From assembly GCA_963700285.1 (NCBI GenBank), contig CAVOXA010000001.1, positions 512,001-576,000 of the forward strand: a DNA stretch of 64,000 nucleotides. Reading direction: 5' to 3'. This document shows, piece after piece, positions 22,151 through 32,877 of this stretch (the first letter of the stretch is position 1; the number at the start of each line of letters is the position of its first letter). The notes below the pieces were generated by a model that saw only the letters and a program-made list of their open reading frames with translations, searched no databases and was not told the DNA's origin. This DNA is from an uncultured Chloroflexia bacterium. Lineage in GTDB: Bacteria; Chloroflexota; Anaerolineae; JAAYZQ01. The position numbers and the translations under genes were made by a program.

Positions 22151-22219
22151 AAGGCGAGGTTGGCGAAAGAGATCGGTTGCGACCATTTGCGTGGCGATGT
22201 GTCCAGCGTATCAGATGAG

Positions 22220-22270
22220 AGTACACATTGTACAGCAAAAGTTGAAGAGAATCCGATTCTATGATATAGT
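22220..22270 (+). promoter_or_regulatory. Operator plus promoter of the nucleobase-catabolism operon
   Basis: AGTACA-cat-TGTACA, then 7 bp, then TTGAAG-17-TATAGT with extended -10 TG. Confidence 0.6.
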
Positions 22271-22395
22271 CTTGTCTGTGCTGAGTCACGTTCAGGCTTG
22301 CATTCATGGGTGGAAGGTAAATTGGAGCATGCAGGTGCACAAGCCTTTGCCATTTCCAAAAAAGTAGGTCATTTCGCCATAGAGATGGGGCAGGT

Positions 22396-23754
22396 ATGAC
22401 GATTCTCATTCAGGGCGCCTCATACGTTGTACGTTCTGCGGAACGCATCGAGTTCAATTGCGATGTGCTCATTGAAGGGACGCGTATCGCTGGTACGGGC
22501 CACTATGTGCCCCAAGCCAATTGGGACGTGATCGATGCGACCAACTGCGCTGTGATCCCTGGCCTGATCAATGCCCACACCCACCTCTATCAGAACTTTC
22601 TCAAAGGGCTGAATGATGGTGTTCCCCTGGTAGAGTGGTGTGACCGGGTGCTCTTTCCAGTGGCCGATGTAATCCATACCGATCACTGGCAAGCTCGCGA
22701 CGAGCGTCTGGGATACGCCTGGTCCCTGGTGAGCGCTCTGGAAATGATCAAAGCTGGTACTACCTGCTGCATTAACATGGATATGACCATGGATTCTGTG
22801 TTCCAGGCCTGGCTCGATATCGGTTTCCGTGGTGTGGGCGCAGTGACCCTGTCAGACCAGTGGCTCCCCGACAAGCTCCTTCGCTCGCCAGAGGTCGGCC
22901 AGCAGGAGGCGCTGGGCTACGCCCAGTGCTGGCAGAATACGCCTCCTGACAGCCCTCGCTTGCAGATCATCCTCGCTCCCTCAACGCCGTTTTTGGCCAG
23001 CCCAGACCTCTTAAAGTGGACGAGGGAGCAGCGGGACCGCCTCGGTGTGGGAGTACAGATACACGTGGCTGAAACCCGCTACGAGATGGAGCGCATGGCC
23101 GAGCAGACTGGGACCACTCCCCTGTGTTACCTGGATCGTTACAGTCTGGTAGACCACCGGCTAACCGCTGTGCACTGTGTTCACATGGACCAGGCAGACC
23201 TCGACCTGCTCCAAGAACGCGGCGTGATCCCGATCCACAATCCCAAGAGCAACATGAAACTGGGCAGCGGCATTTCGCCCGTGGCCGAGATGCTGCGCCG
23301 GGGCATTCCAGTTGCTCTGGGCAATGATGGCAGCGCGTCCAACGATCTGCTGGATATGTTTGAGGAAATGCGTTTTGCAGCGCTTTTGCAAAAGGTTGCT
23401 GCCCAGGATCCCGCGGTTATTTCGGCCGCGGATGTGTTCCGCATGGCCACGGAGAACGGCGCCAGGGCATGCCGCATTGACGCCGGTACCATCGACCCGG
23501 GCCGTTTGGCTGACCTGGCAGTTGTCAATCTACGCAAGCCGCATCTCGTGCCAGTCCACGATATCATGAACAGCTTGGTCTACTGTGCCAAAGGAGAAGA
23601 TGTAGAGACTACCATCATCAACGGCAGCATCGTAATGCGGGATCGTGCACTGGTTACCATGGACGAAGACGAGATTCTGGATCTGGCCCAAGAGTGGGGC
23701 AGTAGCTTGTACCAGCGTGGTCAGCAGAGTGAACTCTACCCCAAAGACGGTTGA
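22396..23754 (+). CDS. Amidohydrolase (MTA/SAH- or guanine-deaminase-like)
   Basis: NAHTH, IHVAET, AVHCV, NPKSNMKLGSG and LGNDG motifs. Confidence 0.88.
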   Translation: MTILIQGASYVVRSAERIEFNCDVLIEGTRIAGTGHYVPQANWDVIDATNCAVIPGLINAHTHLYQNFLKGLNDGVPLVEWCDRVLFPVADVIHTDHWQARDERLGYAWSLVSALEMIKAGTTCCINMDMTMDSVFQAWLDIGFRGVGAVTLSDQWLPDKLLRSPEVGQQEALGYAQCWQNTPPDSPRLQIILAPSTPFLASPDLLKWTREQRDRLGVGVQIHVAETRYEMERMAEQTGTTPLCYLDRYSLVDHRLTAVHCVHMDQADLDLLQERGVIPIHNPKSNMKLGSGISPVAEMLRRGIPVALGNDGSASNDLLDMFEEMRFAALLQKVAAQDPAVISAADVFRMATENGARACRIDAGTIDPGRLADLAVVNLRKPHLVPVHDIMNSLVYCAKGEDVETTIINGSIVMRDRALVTMDEDEILDLAQEWGSSLYQRGQQSELYPKDG

Positions 23755-23845
23755 TGGCTTGGTTCCACTGCGGAGGTGATGGGTGCCATGAAGACTGTCT
23801 GGGGTGGTAGTGGATAGCGACAAACTTGAGAGGAGGCGGCTAGCA

Positions 23846-25267
23846 ATGAGCCAGTTGTTAGAGCAATTGATGGACGTATGCGCACCGGCGCGGGTGTCCG
23901 ACAAACTACCGGATCGCATCTGTTATACCCGCGACGCCGGGCCCAGTCCAGGAGGGATCCCGGGCTATGTGGTGCGCCCCAAGACAACCCAGGAGGTAGC
24001 AGGAATCCTCGAGGTCGCGAATGCACATTGCACTCCCGTTTTCATCTGGGGGCGCTCCACGACTTTTATCGGGATGGGGATTCAGGACGGCTGCATTTTG
24101 ATGGCCCTGGATTTGATGGACAGGATCATCGAGATGGACTTTGACAACAAGGTGGTCGTTGTGGAGCCGGGCGCCGTTTGGCACTCGGTGGACGTGGAGC
24201 TGAACAAGCTGGGATGGGAACTGGCTGTTCCGGGCCCGGGCGGCATGTTCTCCTGTACCATCGGCGGTTCGGTAGCCTACAACGCTGTGCCTCATGCCTT
24301 GGCCGAGTACGGTATGACCGGCAACCACGTTATCGGCCTTGAGGTGGTACTGCCCGATGGCAAGATCATCAATACTGGCAGCGGCGCCAATGAGGCGGCA
24401 GGGCACCTGCACTTTGAGCGCTATGCCAACGGCCCGGATCTGACCGGTCTTTTTGTGGGTTCCTATGGCGTGTTCGGCGTCATCACCAAGGTTTACTTCC
24501 GCATCCGACGGGTTCCCGATGTTGAGACCTTTGCTTTTTACGGATTTGACCGCTTTGAGCAGGCCGTGGATGCAGCCCATGCGATCCAGCGGCAGGATGC
24601 AGCCACACACATGGTCGGCCTGTTTGGTGGACCAAAACCGGCGAACTATGATGCGCATGATGCCTTTCTACACATTGTCGTCCGTGACTCCCGCGTGGCA
24701 GCCCAGGAAAGGATCCGTGTGGCCGAGGCCGTGTGCGAATCCTTCGCCGGCTACCGGCTGGACAGCAATGCCACGCGATTGTACTGGGAGGGTCACATGT
24801 ACTCCTGGCTTCGGAATACGCCGCCCGACCACTACTATGGCAACCGTCCATTCATGTGTCCAGAGGTGGCGGGCTTTATGCCCACAGATAAGGTCAAGGA
24901 TGCCATCGCCTTTCTACGCAATGACGCCCTTGAGCATGCCGACGAATGGGCCAAGTACGATATCCGTACCAAGTGCAACGACGTCTACTTTTCCAGCAAT
25001 GCGGCCTTTATCTGGATCGATACACTCTATCCCGAGATGGACAAGGAAGCGTGGCAGTATGGTCTTGCCCTGCGCTCTCGGTACACGGAAGAATTGTGCC
25101 GGCGCTATATGTCCCCAGGTGGAATCCTGCAGGCTATTGCCCCAGAAGTCATGACCAAACTAGGTGCCGGATTCGACTTTATCAAGTTCCTCAAGGGCTC
25201 GTTGGACCCGAACTACATTCTGAACCCGGGCGTCATGTACCTGGAACCGGAGGCCACGCATGTCTAG
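23846..25267 (+). CDS. FAD-binding oxidoreductase (GlcD-like)
   Basis: TIGG, LEVVLPDG, GPDLTGLFVGS.G.FGVIT and LDPNYILNPG motifs. Confidence 0.88.
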   Translation: MSQLLEQLMDVCAPARVSDKLPDRICYTRDAGPSPGGIPGYVVRPKTTQEVAGILEVANAHCTPVFIWGRSTTFIGMGIQDGCILMALDLMDRIIEMDFDNKVVVVEPGAVWHSVDVELNKLGWELAVPGPGGMFSCTIGGSVAYNAVPHALAEYGMTGNHVIGLEVVLPDGKIINTGSGANEAAGHLHFERYANGPDLTGLFVGSYGVFGVITKVYFRIRRVPDVETFAFYGFDRFEQAVDAAHAIQRQDAATHMVGLFGGPKPANYDAHDAFLHIVVRDSRVAAQERIRVAEAVCESFAGYRLDSNATRLYWEGHMYSWLRNTPPDHYYGNRPFMCPEVAGFMPTDKVKDAIAFLRNDALEHADEWAKYDIRTKCNDVYFSSNAAFIWIDTLYPEMDKEAWQYGLALRSRYTEELCRRYMSPGGILQAIAPEVMTKLGAGFDFIKFLKGSLDPNYILNPGVMYLEPEATHV

Positions 25268-26474
25268 TGCAGAGAAAGAGACGCTGAAAATGGGTGAACG
25301 TCGCATTGATGAGCTAAAGAACTATATCTACCAGTGCAATCGCTGTGGACAGTGTTTGGACTTTTCTACCCTTGGGCAGGCCAAGAAATGCCCGGCATTT
25401 GAAGGGGGATTGTTCGAATCGTACGCGGCTCGCGGCAAGTACAACATCGCCCGTGCTCTGGTGGATGGGGTCATAGACTATGACATGGACCTTGCCGAGC
25501 GGGTTTTTGCTTGTAATGAGTGTCGAGCCTGCGCTGAGGACTGCTTCAAGTTCCTCGACACGACTGGCATGTTCACGGCACTGAAGGAGGACCTGGCCCA
25601 GCTTGGCCTGATCCCGCCTAACTTCAAGGAGGGCCTGGAGGGCGAGATGGGCCTGGATGAGACGCACAATGTCTACAAAGCCCCTCACGAGGAAAGGCTA
25701 GCCTGGCTGCAGGACCAGTCCCGGGTGGATGTGCCCGCCGAAACGGCGATCTTTGTTGGATGCTCGTCGGCCTACGTGCGGCAAAACATGGCTGTGGATA
25801 CCGTCGGCACGCTGGAACGGCTCGGTGTCGAATACACCCTGCTTAGCGACGAGTGGTGCTGCGGGCATCCCTACATGGCCGCCGGCCAGGTCGACAAGGC
25901 GCGCGAGGCGCTGGAGCACAGCATTTCGCAGTACATGGACCTGGGCGTCAAGCGCGTGGTGTTCAACTGTCCCGGCTGCCTCAAGACTTTTAAGCATGAT
26001 GCGCCCATGATACTCGGCAGGTCGCTTCCCTTCGAGCCGATGCACATCCTGGAGTTGATGGCCTATCTGGCCGAACAGGGCAAGATTCGCTTCAAACCGC
26101 TTTCACCCAAAATCAATATCACCTATCACGATTCCTGTACCATGGGACGTTGGCTGGATATCTATGAGGCTCCGCGCGTGCTGTTGAAGCATATCTATGG
26201 CGTGGCCCTCACAGAGATGCCCCGCAACCGTGGCAACGCCTACTGCTGCGGCGCTGGCGGCTTGATCCGCTATGACTATGCTGACATCTCGAATAATGCG
26301 GGAACCGAGAGATTCCAGGAGGCCGAGGCCACGGGCGCGGATGTGCTGATGACTTCTTGTCCGGCTTGCCTCGTCCAGTTCCAGCAGACGCGCAGCAAGC
26401 TCAGGAGCCGCATGAAGATCATGGACATTACGCAGATTATCTGGGAGCAGTTGATGCTTCCCGGCGAATCATGA
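25260..26474 (+). CDS. Fe-S/CCG-domain oxidoreductase subunit (GlcF/HdrD-like)
   Basis: CxxCxxC ferredoxin motifs plus two CCG domains (WCCG, YHDSC, YCCG, SCPAC). Confidence 0.88.
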   Translation: MSSAEKETLKMGERRIDELKNYIYQCNRCGQCLDFSTLGQAKKCPAFEGGLFESYAARGKYNIARALVDGVIDYDMDLAERVFACNECRACAEDCFKFLDTTGMFTALKEDLAQLGLIPPNFKEGLEGEMGLDETHNVYKAPHEERLAWLQDQSRVDVPAETAIFVGCSSAYVRQNMAVDTVGTLERLGVEYTLLSDEWCCGHPYMAAGQVDKAREALEHSISQYMDLGVKRVVFNCPGCLKTFKHDAPMILGRSLPFEPMHILELMAYLAEQGKIRFKPLSPKINITYHDSCTMGRWLDIYEAPRVLLKHIYGVALTEMPRNRGNAYCCGAGGLIRYDYADISNNAGTERFQEAEATGADVLMTSCPACLVQFQQTRSKLRSRMKIMDITQIIWEQLMLPGES

Positions 26475-26545
26475 TCGTAACCGTGCTTTAGGGATGCATG
26501 GCGAACCAATTTCTGGCAGAATCAGGTGGCAGGTGGTCGGCACCC

Positions 26546-28168
26546 TACAAGACACGAGCCATCGCCGTGCTCACCGAACGGGCGCTAGAAGAGGTGCTGG
26601 ACTCATGAAGCTCGAATTCATGTTAAATGGAGAAAAGGTGCGTGTCATCCAGGCCGCGGTCGGTGGCTCATTTGGCGGCAAAGATGACATTGGCTACCAA
26701 TCATCGGGACAGGTTGCTGCCCTGGCGCTCAAGACCGGCTGTCCGGTCAGGCTTGTACTGAGCCGCGAGGAGTCGATGATTGCCTCGTACAAACGCGAAC
26801 CGATGTCAGTCCACTTTTCCCTGGGCGCCGATGCTGATGGGAATCTGCAAGCCGCCAAGGTGGATATACTGGCCGACAGCGGTGCCTACGCTTCCCAAAC
26901 CACGTTGGCCATGCTGCGCGCCGCCCTGCATGCCGCGGGCGCTTATCGTTACCAGGCCGTCCACGTGGACGTGAATACGGTCTATACCAACAATGGATTC
27001 TGCGGCGCCTTTCGTGGTTTTGGTAACACCGATGCTGCCGCGGCCATTGAACAGGCTGTAGATGATCTGGCCCACCGACTCGACCGTGACCCGATTGACT
27101 TCCGTCTTCAGAACTGTCTCCGCCAGGGTGATCGGGCGATGTCTGGCAACAGGGTGGAGCATGAAGTAGGTCTCGCCGATTGCCTGGGCTGGGTCCGCCA
27201 GGAATCCGAGTGGGATCGAAAGCGAGCGGCCTATGCTCATCAAAGCGGCGCTCTGCGGTGGGGCATCGGGGTAGCCTGAGGCTACCTGCAATGCGCTCCA
27301 GACGCTGGGCGTGGAACCATCGCGCATCCACATGCTCTGGCCGGATACTGACACGGCCATAGAGTCGGGGCCGACGGTTGCGTCCCGCTCCACGATGCTG
27401 GGGGGAAATGCCACCAGGGTTGCTGCCGAGAAGCTCGATCGCCTGCTCAAGTACGCCGCCGCCAATGCATTCGGCTGCACACCAGCGGAGGTCTATCGCT
27501 ACGGAGATCTGTACCTCGGCCCCGAGGAAGACGAGCTACGCTTCGAGCAGGTGGTCGACAGGGCTCGCGAGATGGGACTGACGCTGTCGGTTCATGGCAA
27601 GTGGAGCATGCCCCAAGTGGAGTGGCATGTCGAAACGGGGACAGGCACCCCCTACTACTGCTACACCTTCGGCGCCCAGGTGGCAGAGGTCCAGGTCGAT
27701 ACCCGTACCGGCCAGACCGAGGTGCTCAAGGTCTGGGCCGCTCACGACGGTGGCAGAATCGTATTCCCGCAAGGCGCCTATGGGCAAATGTATGGCGGGG
27801 TCGCACAGGGCTTGGGCTACGGGCTGCTGGAAGAGATCAAGTTTCACCAGGGCTACCTGCAGACCCTCAATTTTGACACCTACATGATTCCCACTTCGTT
27901 GGACGTGCCCGAGATTCACGCAACCTTCATCGAGACCAGCTTCCCCGAGGGCGCCTATGGCGCCAAGAACCTGGCGGAGCCGGTTCTGGTGGCGACGGCG
28001 CCAGCCATTGCCAACGCGGTTTTTCACGCTACGGGTACAAGGCATCACACCCTGCCACTCACGCTGGAGCGAGTGCTGTTGGGCCACGACCTGGATCCCG
28101 GCAAGGGCGAATCCCAGTGCCGTCGTGCCCTGGGGTTTGACCTTGATCCAAGACTCACGGCTCTGTAG
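26546..28168 (+). pseudogene. Collapsed xanthine-dehydrogenase-family operon: FAD-subunit tail, 2Fe-2S N-terminus and two fragments of the Mo subunit
   Basis: YKTRAIAVLTERALEEVLDS* tail; MKLEFMLNGE joined to KVRVIQAAVGGSFGGK; AFRGFG; stop at 27277; second fragment with ASRST, GQMYGG..QGLG and YGAK. Confidence 0.75.
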
Positions 28169-28179
28169 GAGACACGCGA

Positions 28180-29514
28180 ATGACCATGACCCTGATTCTG
28201 GGCAAGTTCCTCTGGGCAGATACGACCCAGCCGCCAGAACCTGACTGGGGGTTGGCTATCGAGGGCGGGCGCGTAGCGGCCACCGCCGGTTGGGCAGAAC
28301 TCAGGAGCCTGTACCCCGATGCTCAGGTTGTCGACGCCAGCGACTGTGTCATCACCCCCGCTTTTGTCAACGCGCATCATCACATGTACGGTGTCCTTGC
28401 ACACGGGATACCGCTGGACAAAGCCCCCAGTGGTTTCTGGCCTTTCCTGGAGGACTTTTGGTGGCCGTTGGTCGAGGATCAACTGAACCACGAACTGATC
28501 GCCGCTGCCGTGGACTGGGCTTGCCTGGAGATGGTTCGGTCCGGAGTGACGAGCTTCTACGATTGTCTGGAAGCGCCCCAGGCATTGCCCGGCGCGCTGA
28601 GTGTGGAGGCAGAGATCGTGCGCAGGTGGGGCCTGCGCGGCGTGCTCTCCTTCGAGGCCACCGAACGGGTCAGTGCAGAAAACGCCGGTCTTGGCCTGCG
28701 AGAGAACATAGAGTTTATCGACGCCTGCCGGGCAAAGAACAGCCAGGTGTCTGGCATGATGTGCTTCCATACGACTTTTACTTGTTCCGCTGACTATATT
28801 CGGCGCGCCTCTGCGCTGGCAGCGGAACGAGATGCCCAAGTCCACATGCACCTGGCCGAGGGCGCCTATGAACCCGAGCACTGTTTGGCGGAATATGGCG
28901 CCCGCACCGTGGCGTACTATGACCGCTTGGGGGTACTTGGCGACCACGTGCTGGCCTCCCAATGCGTCCAGATTGACGCTGAAGAGATCGCCATCCTGGC
29001 GCAGAGAGGAGTACACGTCTCGCACCAGCCCTTGTCCAACTGTGAGGTGGGCGGTGGTCTGGCGCCAGTACCGGAGATGCTGGCCGCGGGCATCAACGTG
29101 GCCTTGGGTACGGATGGTTACATCAATAACTTTTTTGAAGTGCTGCGAGCCGCTGCCCTCATCCCCAAGGCGCGGCTCCTGGATCCAACTACGATGCCCG
29201 CCCAGGTTGTGTGGACCATGGCCACACAAAATGGGGCACGGGCGCTGCGGTTCAACGATCTGGGAAAACTGGTTCCTGGTGGTCAGGCTGACCTCTTGCT
29301 CATAACTTCAGATCTGCCTACTCCGTTGGCAGAGCATAACCTGGCCGATCAGCTCCTCCTGTGGCGAAATCCCAGCAACCTGAAGGGCGTCATGTGTGCC
29401 GGCAATTGGCTCATGCGCGATGGAATGATCGAGGGCATTGACGAGTCTGCTATTCGCGGACGGGCGGAAGAGGCTGCCACAATTCTGTGGCAGCGGGCAA
29501 GGAATGGAGGCTAG
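28180..29514 (+). CDS. Amidohydrolase (SsnA-like)
   Basis: NAHHHMYG, HMHLAE, PLSN and LGTDG motifs. Confidence 0.85.
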   Translation: MTMTLILGKFLWADTTQPPEPDWGLAIEGGRVAATAGWAELRSLYPDAQVVDASDCVITPAFVNAHHHMYGVLAHGIPLDKAPSGFWPFLEDFWWPLVEDQLNHELIAAAVDWACLEMVRSGVTSFYDCLEAPQALPGALSVEAEIVRRWGLRGVLSFEATERVSAENAGLGLRENIEFIDACRAKNSQVSGMMCFHTTFTCSADYIRRASALAAERDAQVHMHLAEGAYEPEHCLAEYGARTVAYYDRLGVLGDHVLASQCVQIDAEEIAILAQRGVHVSHQPLSNCEVGGGLAPVPEMLAAGINVALGTDGYINNFFEVLRAAALIPKARLLDPTTMPAQVVWTMATQNGARALRFNDLGKLVPGGQADLLLITSDLPTPLAEHNLADQLLLWRNPSNLKGVMCAGNWLMRDGMIEGIDESAIRGRAEEAATILWQRARNGG

Positions 29515-29515
29515 C

Positions 29516-30637
29516 ATGGCTGATCTAACTGTGAATCTCTGTGGCATCGAGCTCAAGAACCCGTTCGTGTTGGCATCCGGTCCTCTCACCTGGAGCGCCA
29601 AGGGCATCCAGGACGCCTACGCGGCGGGCGCTGCAGCGGCAGTCACCAAGACCATCCGTCCGGAGGCCACGGTGAACCCGGTGCCGCATATCGCTTCACC
29701 AAGACGCGGTGGAAGCCTGCTCAACATCGAGGGCTGGTCGGACTTTGGTGCTAACGAATGGTTGGAGCGAGAGCTTCCGCTCCTGACCCAACGCGAAGGG
29801 GTACTGATCGTCAGTCTGGGGCACACGGCCGCCGAGGTAGAGCAACTGGCCCGACCGCTGACAGAAGCGGGCGCAGACATTCTGGAATTGGTCTCCTATC
29901 GCGCGCACGATGCGGCGCCCATGGTGGCCGCGGCCAAGCAGGCGGTCTCGGTCCCGGTCCTCATCAAAGTCAGTGCTAATTGGCCAGACCTGCTTCCAGT
30001 GGTTGCTGATTGTTTGTCAGCCGGTGCGGATGGGGTCACGGCTATCGATTCGATCGGTCCGACGCTGCGTGTGGATATTGATGAGGGTGAGCCGCTGCTG
30101 GGCTCCTTTGCCTGGCTTTCTGGAGAGGCCATCCGGCCCATCTCCTTGCGAGTTGTGGCTGATATCTGCCTGCGGCACGATGTCCCGGTCGTGGGGACCG
30201 GCGGCGTTGGGATGGCTGAAGACGCGCTGGAAATGGTGATGGCCGGTGCTACCGCCGTGGGCGTCCATACGGCGCCGCTTCTGAGGGGTCTGGGCTGGCT
30301 GGGCAAGACGGAGAAACAGTTGCATCGCTGGTTGGATGCGCGCGGACACGCCAGACTGGCCGATCTCCGTGGCGTCGCCCTGGCCACGCTGAGGGCGGCC
30401 GGTGGGCACGAGCCTCAGCTTCCCAAAGCTCCGGCGCCACTCGCTTTCGACTTTGATTCGGACACGTGTACCCAGTGTGGCCGTTGCGTTACCGTCTGCG
30501 CCTACCAGGCCCGCGACCTCACTGCGGATGGCGATATGCTGTTGGATCTAGTCGAATGCCGTTCTTGCGGGCTCTGTGTTACGGTATGCGCTCCTCGCTC
30601 ACTGACGATCCGCGAGGAACATCTGGCCAGCGCCTGA
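29516..30637 (+). CDS. Dihydropyrimidine/dihydroorotate dehydrogenase-like flavoprotein with a C-terminal 2x[4Fe-4S] domain (PreA-like)
   Basis: NPFVLASGP, VTKT, SG.AIRP and GTGGV motifs; CTQCGRC and CRSCGLC. Confidence 0.8.
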   Translation: MADLTVNLCGIELKNPFVLASGPLTWSAKGIQDAYAAGAAAAVTKTIRPEATVNPVPHIASPRRGGSLLNIEGWSDFGANEWLERELPLLTQREGVLIVSLGHTAAEVEQLARPLTEAGADILELVSYRAHDAAPMVAAAKQAVSVPVLIKVSANWPDLLPVVADCLSAGADGVTAIDSIGPTLRVDIDEGEPLLGSFAWLSGEAIRPISLRVVADICLRHDVPVVGTGGVGMAEDALEMVMAGATAVGVHTAPLLRGLGWLGKTEKQLHRWLDARGHARLADLRGVALATLRAAGGHEPQLPKAPAPLAFDFDSDTCTQCGRCVTVCAYQARDLTADGDMLLDLVECRSCGLCVTVCAPRSLTIREEHLASA

Positions 30638-30929
30638 AGGGCAGAGGCGAACATCTTCTGGAGACAGTCTGTGGATGGGTGCGCTGTCTGTCACCTTCAC
30701 GAGGTGTCTGGATCGCGTCAACATCCAGGTTCGCCATAGTTCCCGCAGCAGTCGGAGCGCGTCTGGATCTTGCGCCAGTTGTTGCGCGCAAACAGCCTGA
30801 CTTTCACACGTAGGGGCATGGGCTGTCGCAGATTCTGTAGCGTTTCCGACGTGGTACCTTTCCGCTTACTGTCACACATCTGTACCCCCTATCCAGTTGT
30901 AGGTCATCCCACGCTCTGATCATACAATC

Positions 30930-31667
30930 TCATACGCTTTTGGGGAGGGATCCAGGGGCGCTGCCGGTGTGCAGCCTGTCTGACCAAACAGGCAGGACTA
31001 CGTCTGGTGGTGCGTCCAGAAGGAGATCGGTCCAAACCCGGTGCAGCGCCATATCCGTGCCAAAGGCCAGAAAGATCGTCTGCTTGGTCTTGGCGTCCGG
31101 GGTGTAGGTTAACCTCAGTACCTGCTGGGCTTTCCCACCAAAGTGGAGATGCCCCACGTCCATCTCAGAGATCATGGCCGGCTGGAAAAAGACGTACCAC
31201 CATCCCAACTCGTCAACAGACCAGCGCCCAAGCCGCAGAAACTGGGAGGGCCGGACACGGCCCAGCAGGATGTGTTCCCGGGTTGCCACTGTCTCGAAAT
31301 CGGCTTCCAGGTCCATGTAGTAGCAATCCCTGCCCTCGACGCTGAACCAGCCGCTGGCCCGCACCGGAACCAACTCTTCGGGTCGCAGTGGATGTTCGGA
31401 GGGGCCGTCATGGCGGAGCGCTGTCACGGTGGACTGGGATTCATAGTGGATGTATTCTCGCCGTGAAGACCAGGCAAGGATCAGAATGTATCCCAGGTAG
31501 AGCATGCCTATGAGCACCGCGGCCCAGGGACGGAGCCATGAGACCAGCAGTGAGCTCAGAGCGGCGGCCAAGAGCAGTATCCCCAACCAGCGCGACAGCG
31601 GCAATTCGGCCCACAGGTGGCGGCGTAATTTGTAAGTCGACTCGAGTATTACTCCTTTTATGCTCAA
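30930..31667 (-). CDS. Hypothetical membrane protein (2 TM plus soluble domain)
   Basis: Long ORF with two hydrophobic N-terminal helices; start uncertain. Confidence 0.6.
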   Translation of the reverse strand: MSIKGVILESTYKLRRHLWAELPLSRWLGILLLAAALSSLLVSWLRPWAAVLIGMLYLGYILILAWSSRREYIHYESQSTVTALRHDGPSEHPLRPEELVPVRASGWFSVEGRDCYYMDLEADFETVATREHILLGRVRPSQFLRLGRWSVDELGWWYVFFQPAMISEMDVGHLHFGGKAQQVLRLTYTPDAKTKQTIFLAFGTDMALHRVWTDLLLDAPPDVVLPVWSDRLHTGSAPGSLPKSV

Positions 31668-32038
31668 TGCCTCGATACCCTCTTGATAGGATCTTGCAGA
31701 CCGGAGTATAACATACCCCCTGGGGCGTGTCAAAGGGGCCCAATTCTTGCCAGCAAATCTCCAGTTGGTCTCGCCATACTGAGAATTGCTGCCGGTGCCC
31801 GGCGCCATTTGACCTGTGGCTACTCACCAAGTATAATACGCCGGTAGCTGGCAAGGGATAAACACAGATGATGGATTGATTCTTTCGCGCAGGTAGATTC
31901 ACGTCCACAGCAGTGCAAAGCAATTCGGATGGGCTGATTCCGGCTGCTTTTTCCCCCGTGGGTGCATTCTCGAGAGCCGTTCCGGCCTCTGGGCAATGCT
32001 ATTTGAGGGAAGTACCTGGTTGGAACAGGTAGCGGGCC

Positions 32039-32785
32039 ATGCCCTCCTTTCCTGTATGGCATTCTGGGCCACAGATGCCGGCCCTGGGCAATGACGAGGT
32101 CCATGTCTGGCGTGCTTTTCTGGACCTGCCAGCGCCACAGGTCTCAAGTCTACAACACACTCTTTCCACAGACGAACTCACCAGGGCTGACCGGTACTAC
32201 TTCCGCCAAGTCCGCGAGCGCTTTGTTGTCGGGCGCGGGTTGCTCAGGGCCATACTGAGCAGGTACCTGGGAATGGCAGCGGGCCATCTGCGCTTTTGTT
32301 ATGGTCCCAACGGCAAGCCCCATCTGGACAAAGAGACTGGTGGGGAAGTGCTCCGCTTCAACGTGACCCACTGCCAAGGGCTGGCTCTCTATGCCATGGC
32401 TAGCGACCGGGAGGTAGGCATCGACGTCGAATACATCCTTCCCGACTTGGCAAGGGAGGAAATCGCGGAGCGGTTCTTCTCACCACGGGAGGTCTCCACC
32501 TTGCGCGCGCTGCCAGTGGCAGTGCAGCCCCAAGCCTTTTTCAACTGTTGGACGCGCAAGGAAGCCTATATCAAGGCCAAGGGGGCTGGCCTCTCGCTGC
32601 CCCTAGATCAGTTTGACGTATCGCTGGCTCCAGAAGAACCGGCTGCCCTGCTGAGTACCAGGGATGACTCCCAGGAGGCTTCCCGGTGGGCGCTACGGGC
32701 GTTGGATCCTGGGCCTGACTATGCTGCAGCCCTTGCTGTAGAAGGCCATGGTTGGCAGCTCAAATGCTGGCAGTGGGAAAGTTGA
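32039..32785 (+). CDS. Sfp-type 4'-phosphopantetheinyl transferase
   Basis: GKP, FNVTH, VGIDVE and WTRKEAYIKA.G.G motifs. Confidence 0.92.
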   Translation: MPSFPVWHSGPQMPALGNDEVHVWRAFLDLPAPQVSSLQHTLSTDELTRADRYYFRQVRERFVVGRGLLRAILSRYLGMAAGHLRFCYGPNGKPHLDKETGGEVLRFNVTHCQGLALYAMASDREVGIDVEYILPDLAREEIAERFFSPREVSTLRALPVAVQPQAFFNCWTRKEAYIKAKGAGLSLPLDQFDVSLAPEEPAALLSTRDDSQEASRWALRALDPGPDYAAALAVEGHGWQLKCWQWES

Positions 32786-32877
32786 CCAGTCCTTTCAACG
32801 ACTCTTTAGGACACTGCGATGTGAGCTTGGAACTGCTGGATGCTGGTCAGATCCAGTATGGTTCTCCATCAAGGACT

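Noticed and set aside
27277-27279. TGA after GIGVA in the XDH fragment as a possible selenocysteine
   Set aside because: Homology resumes in another frame after a missing segment and the TGA sits inside a palindromic junction, which fits a deletion scar better.
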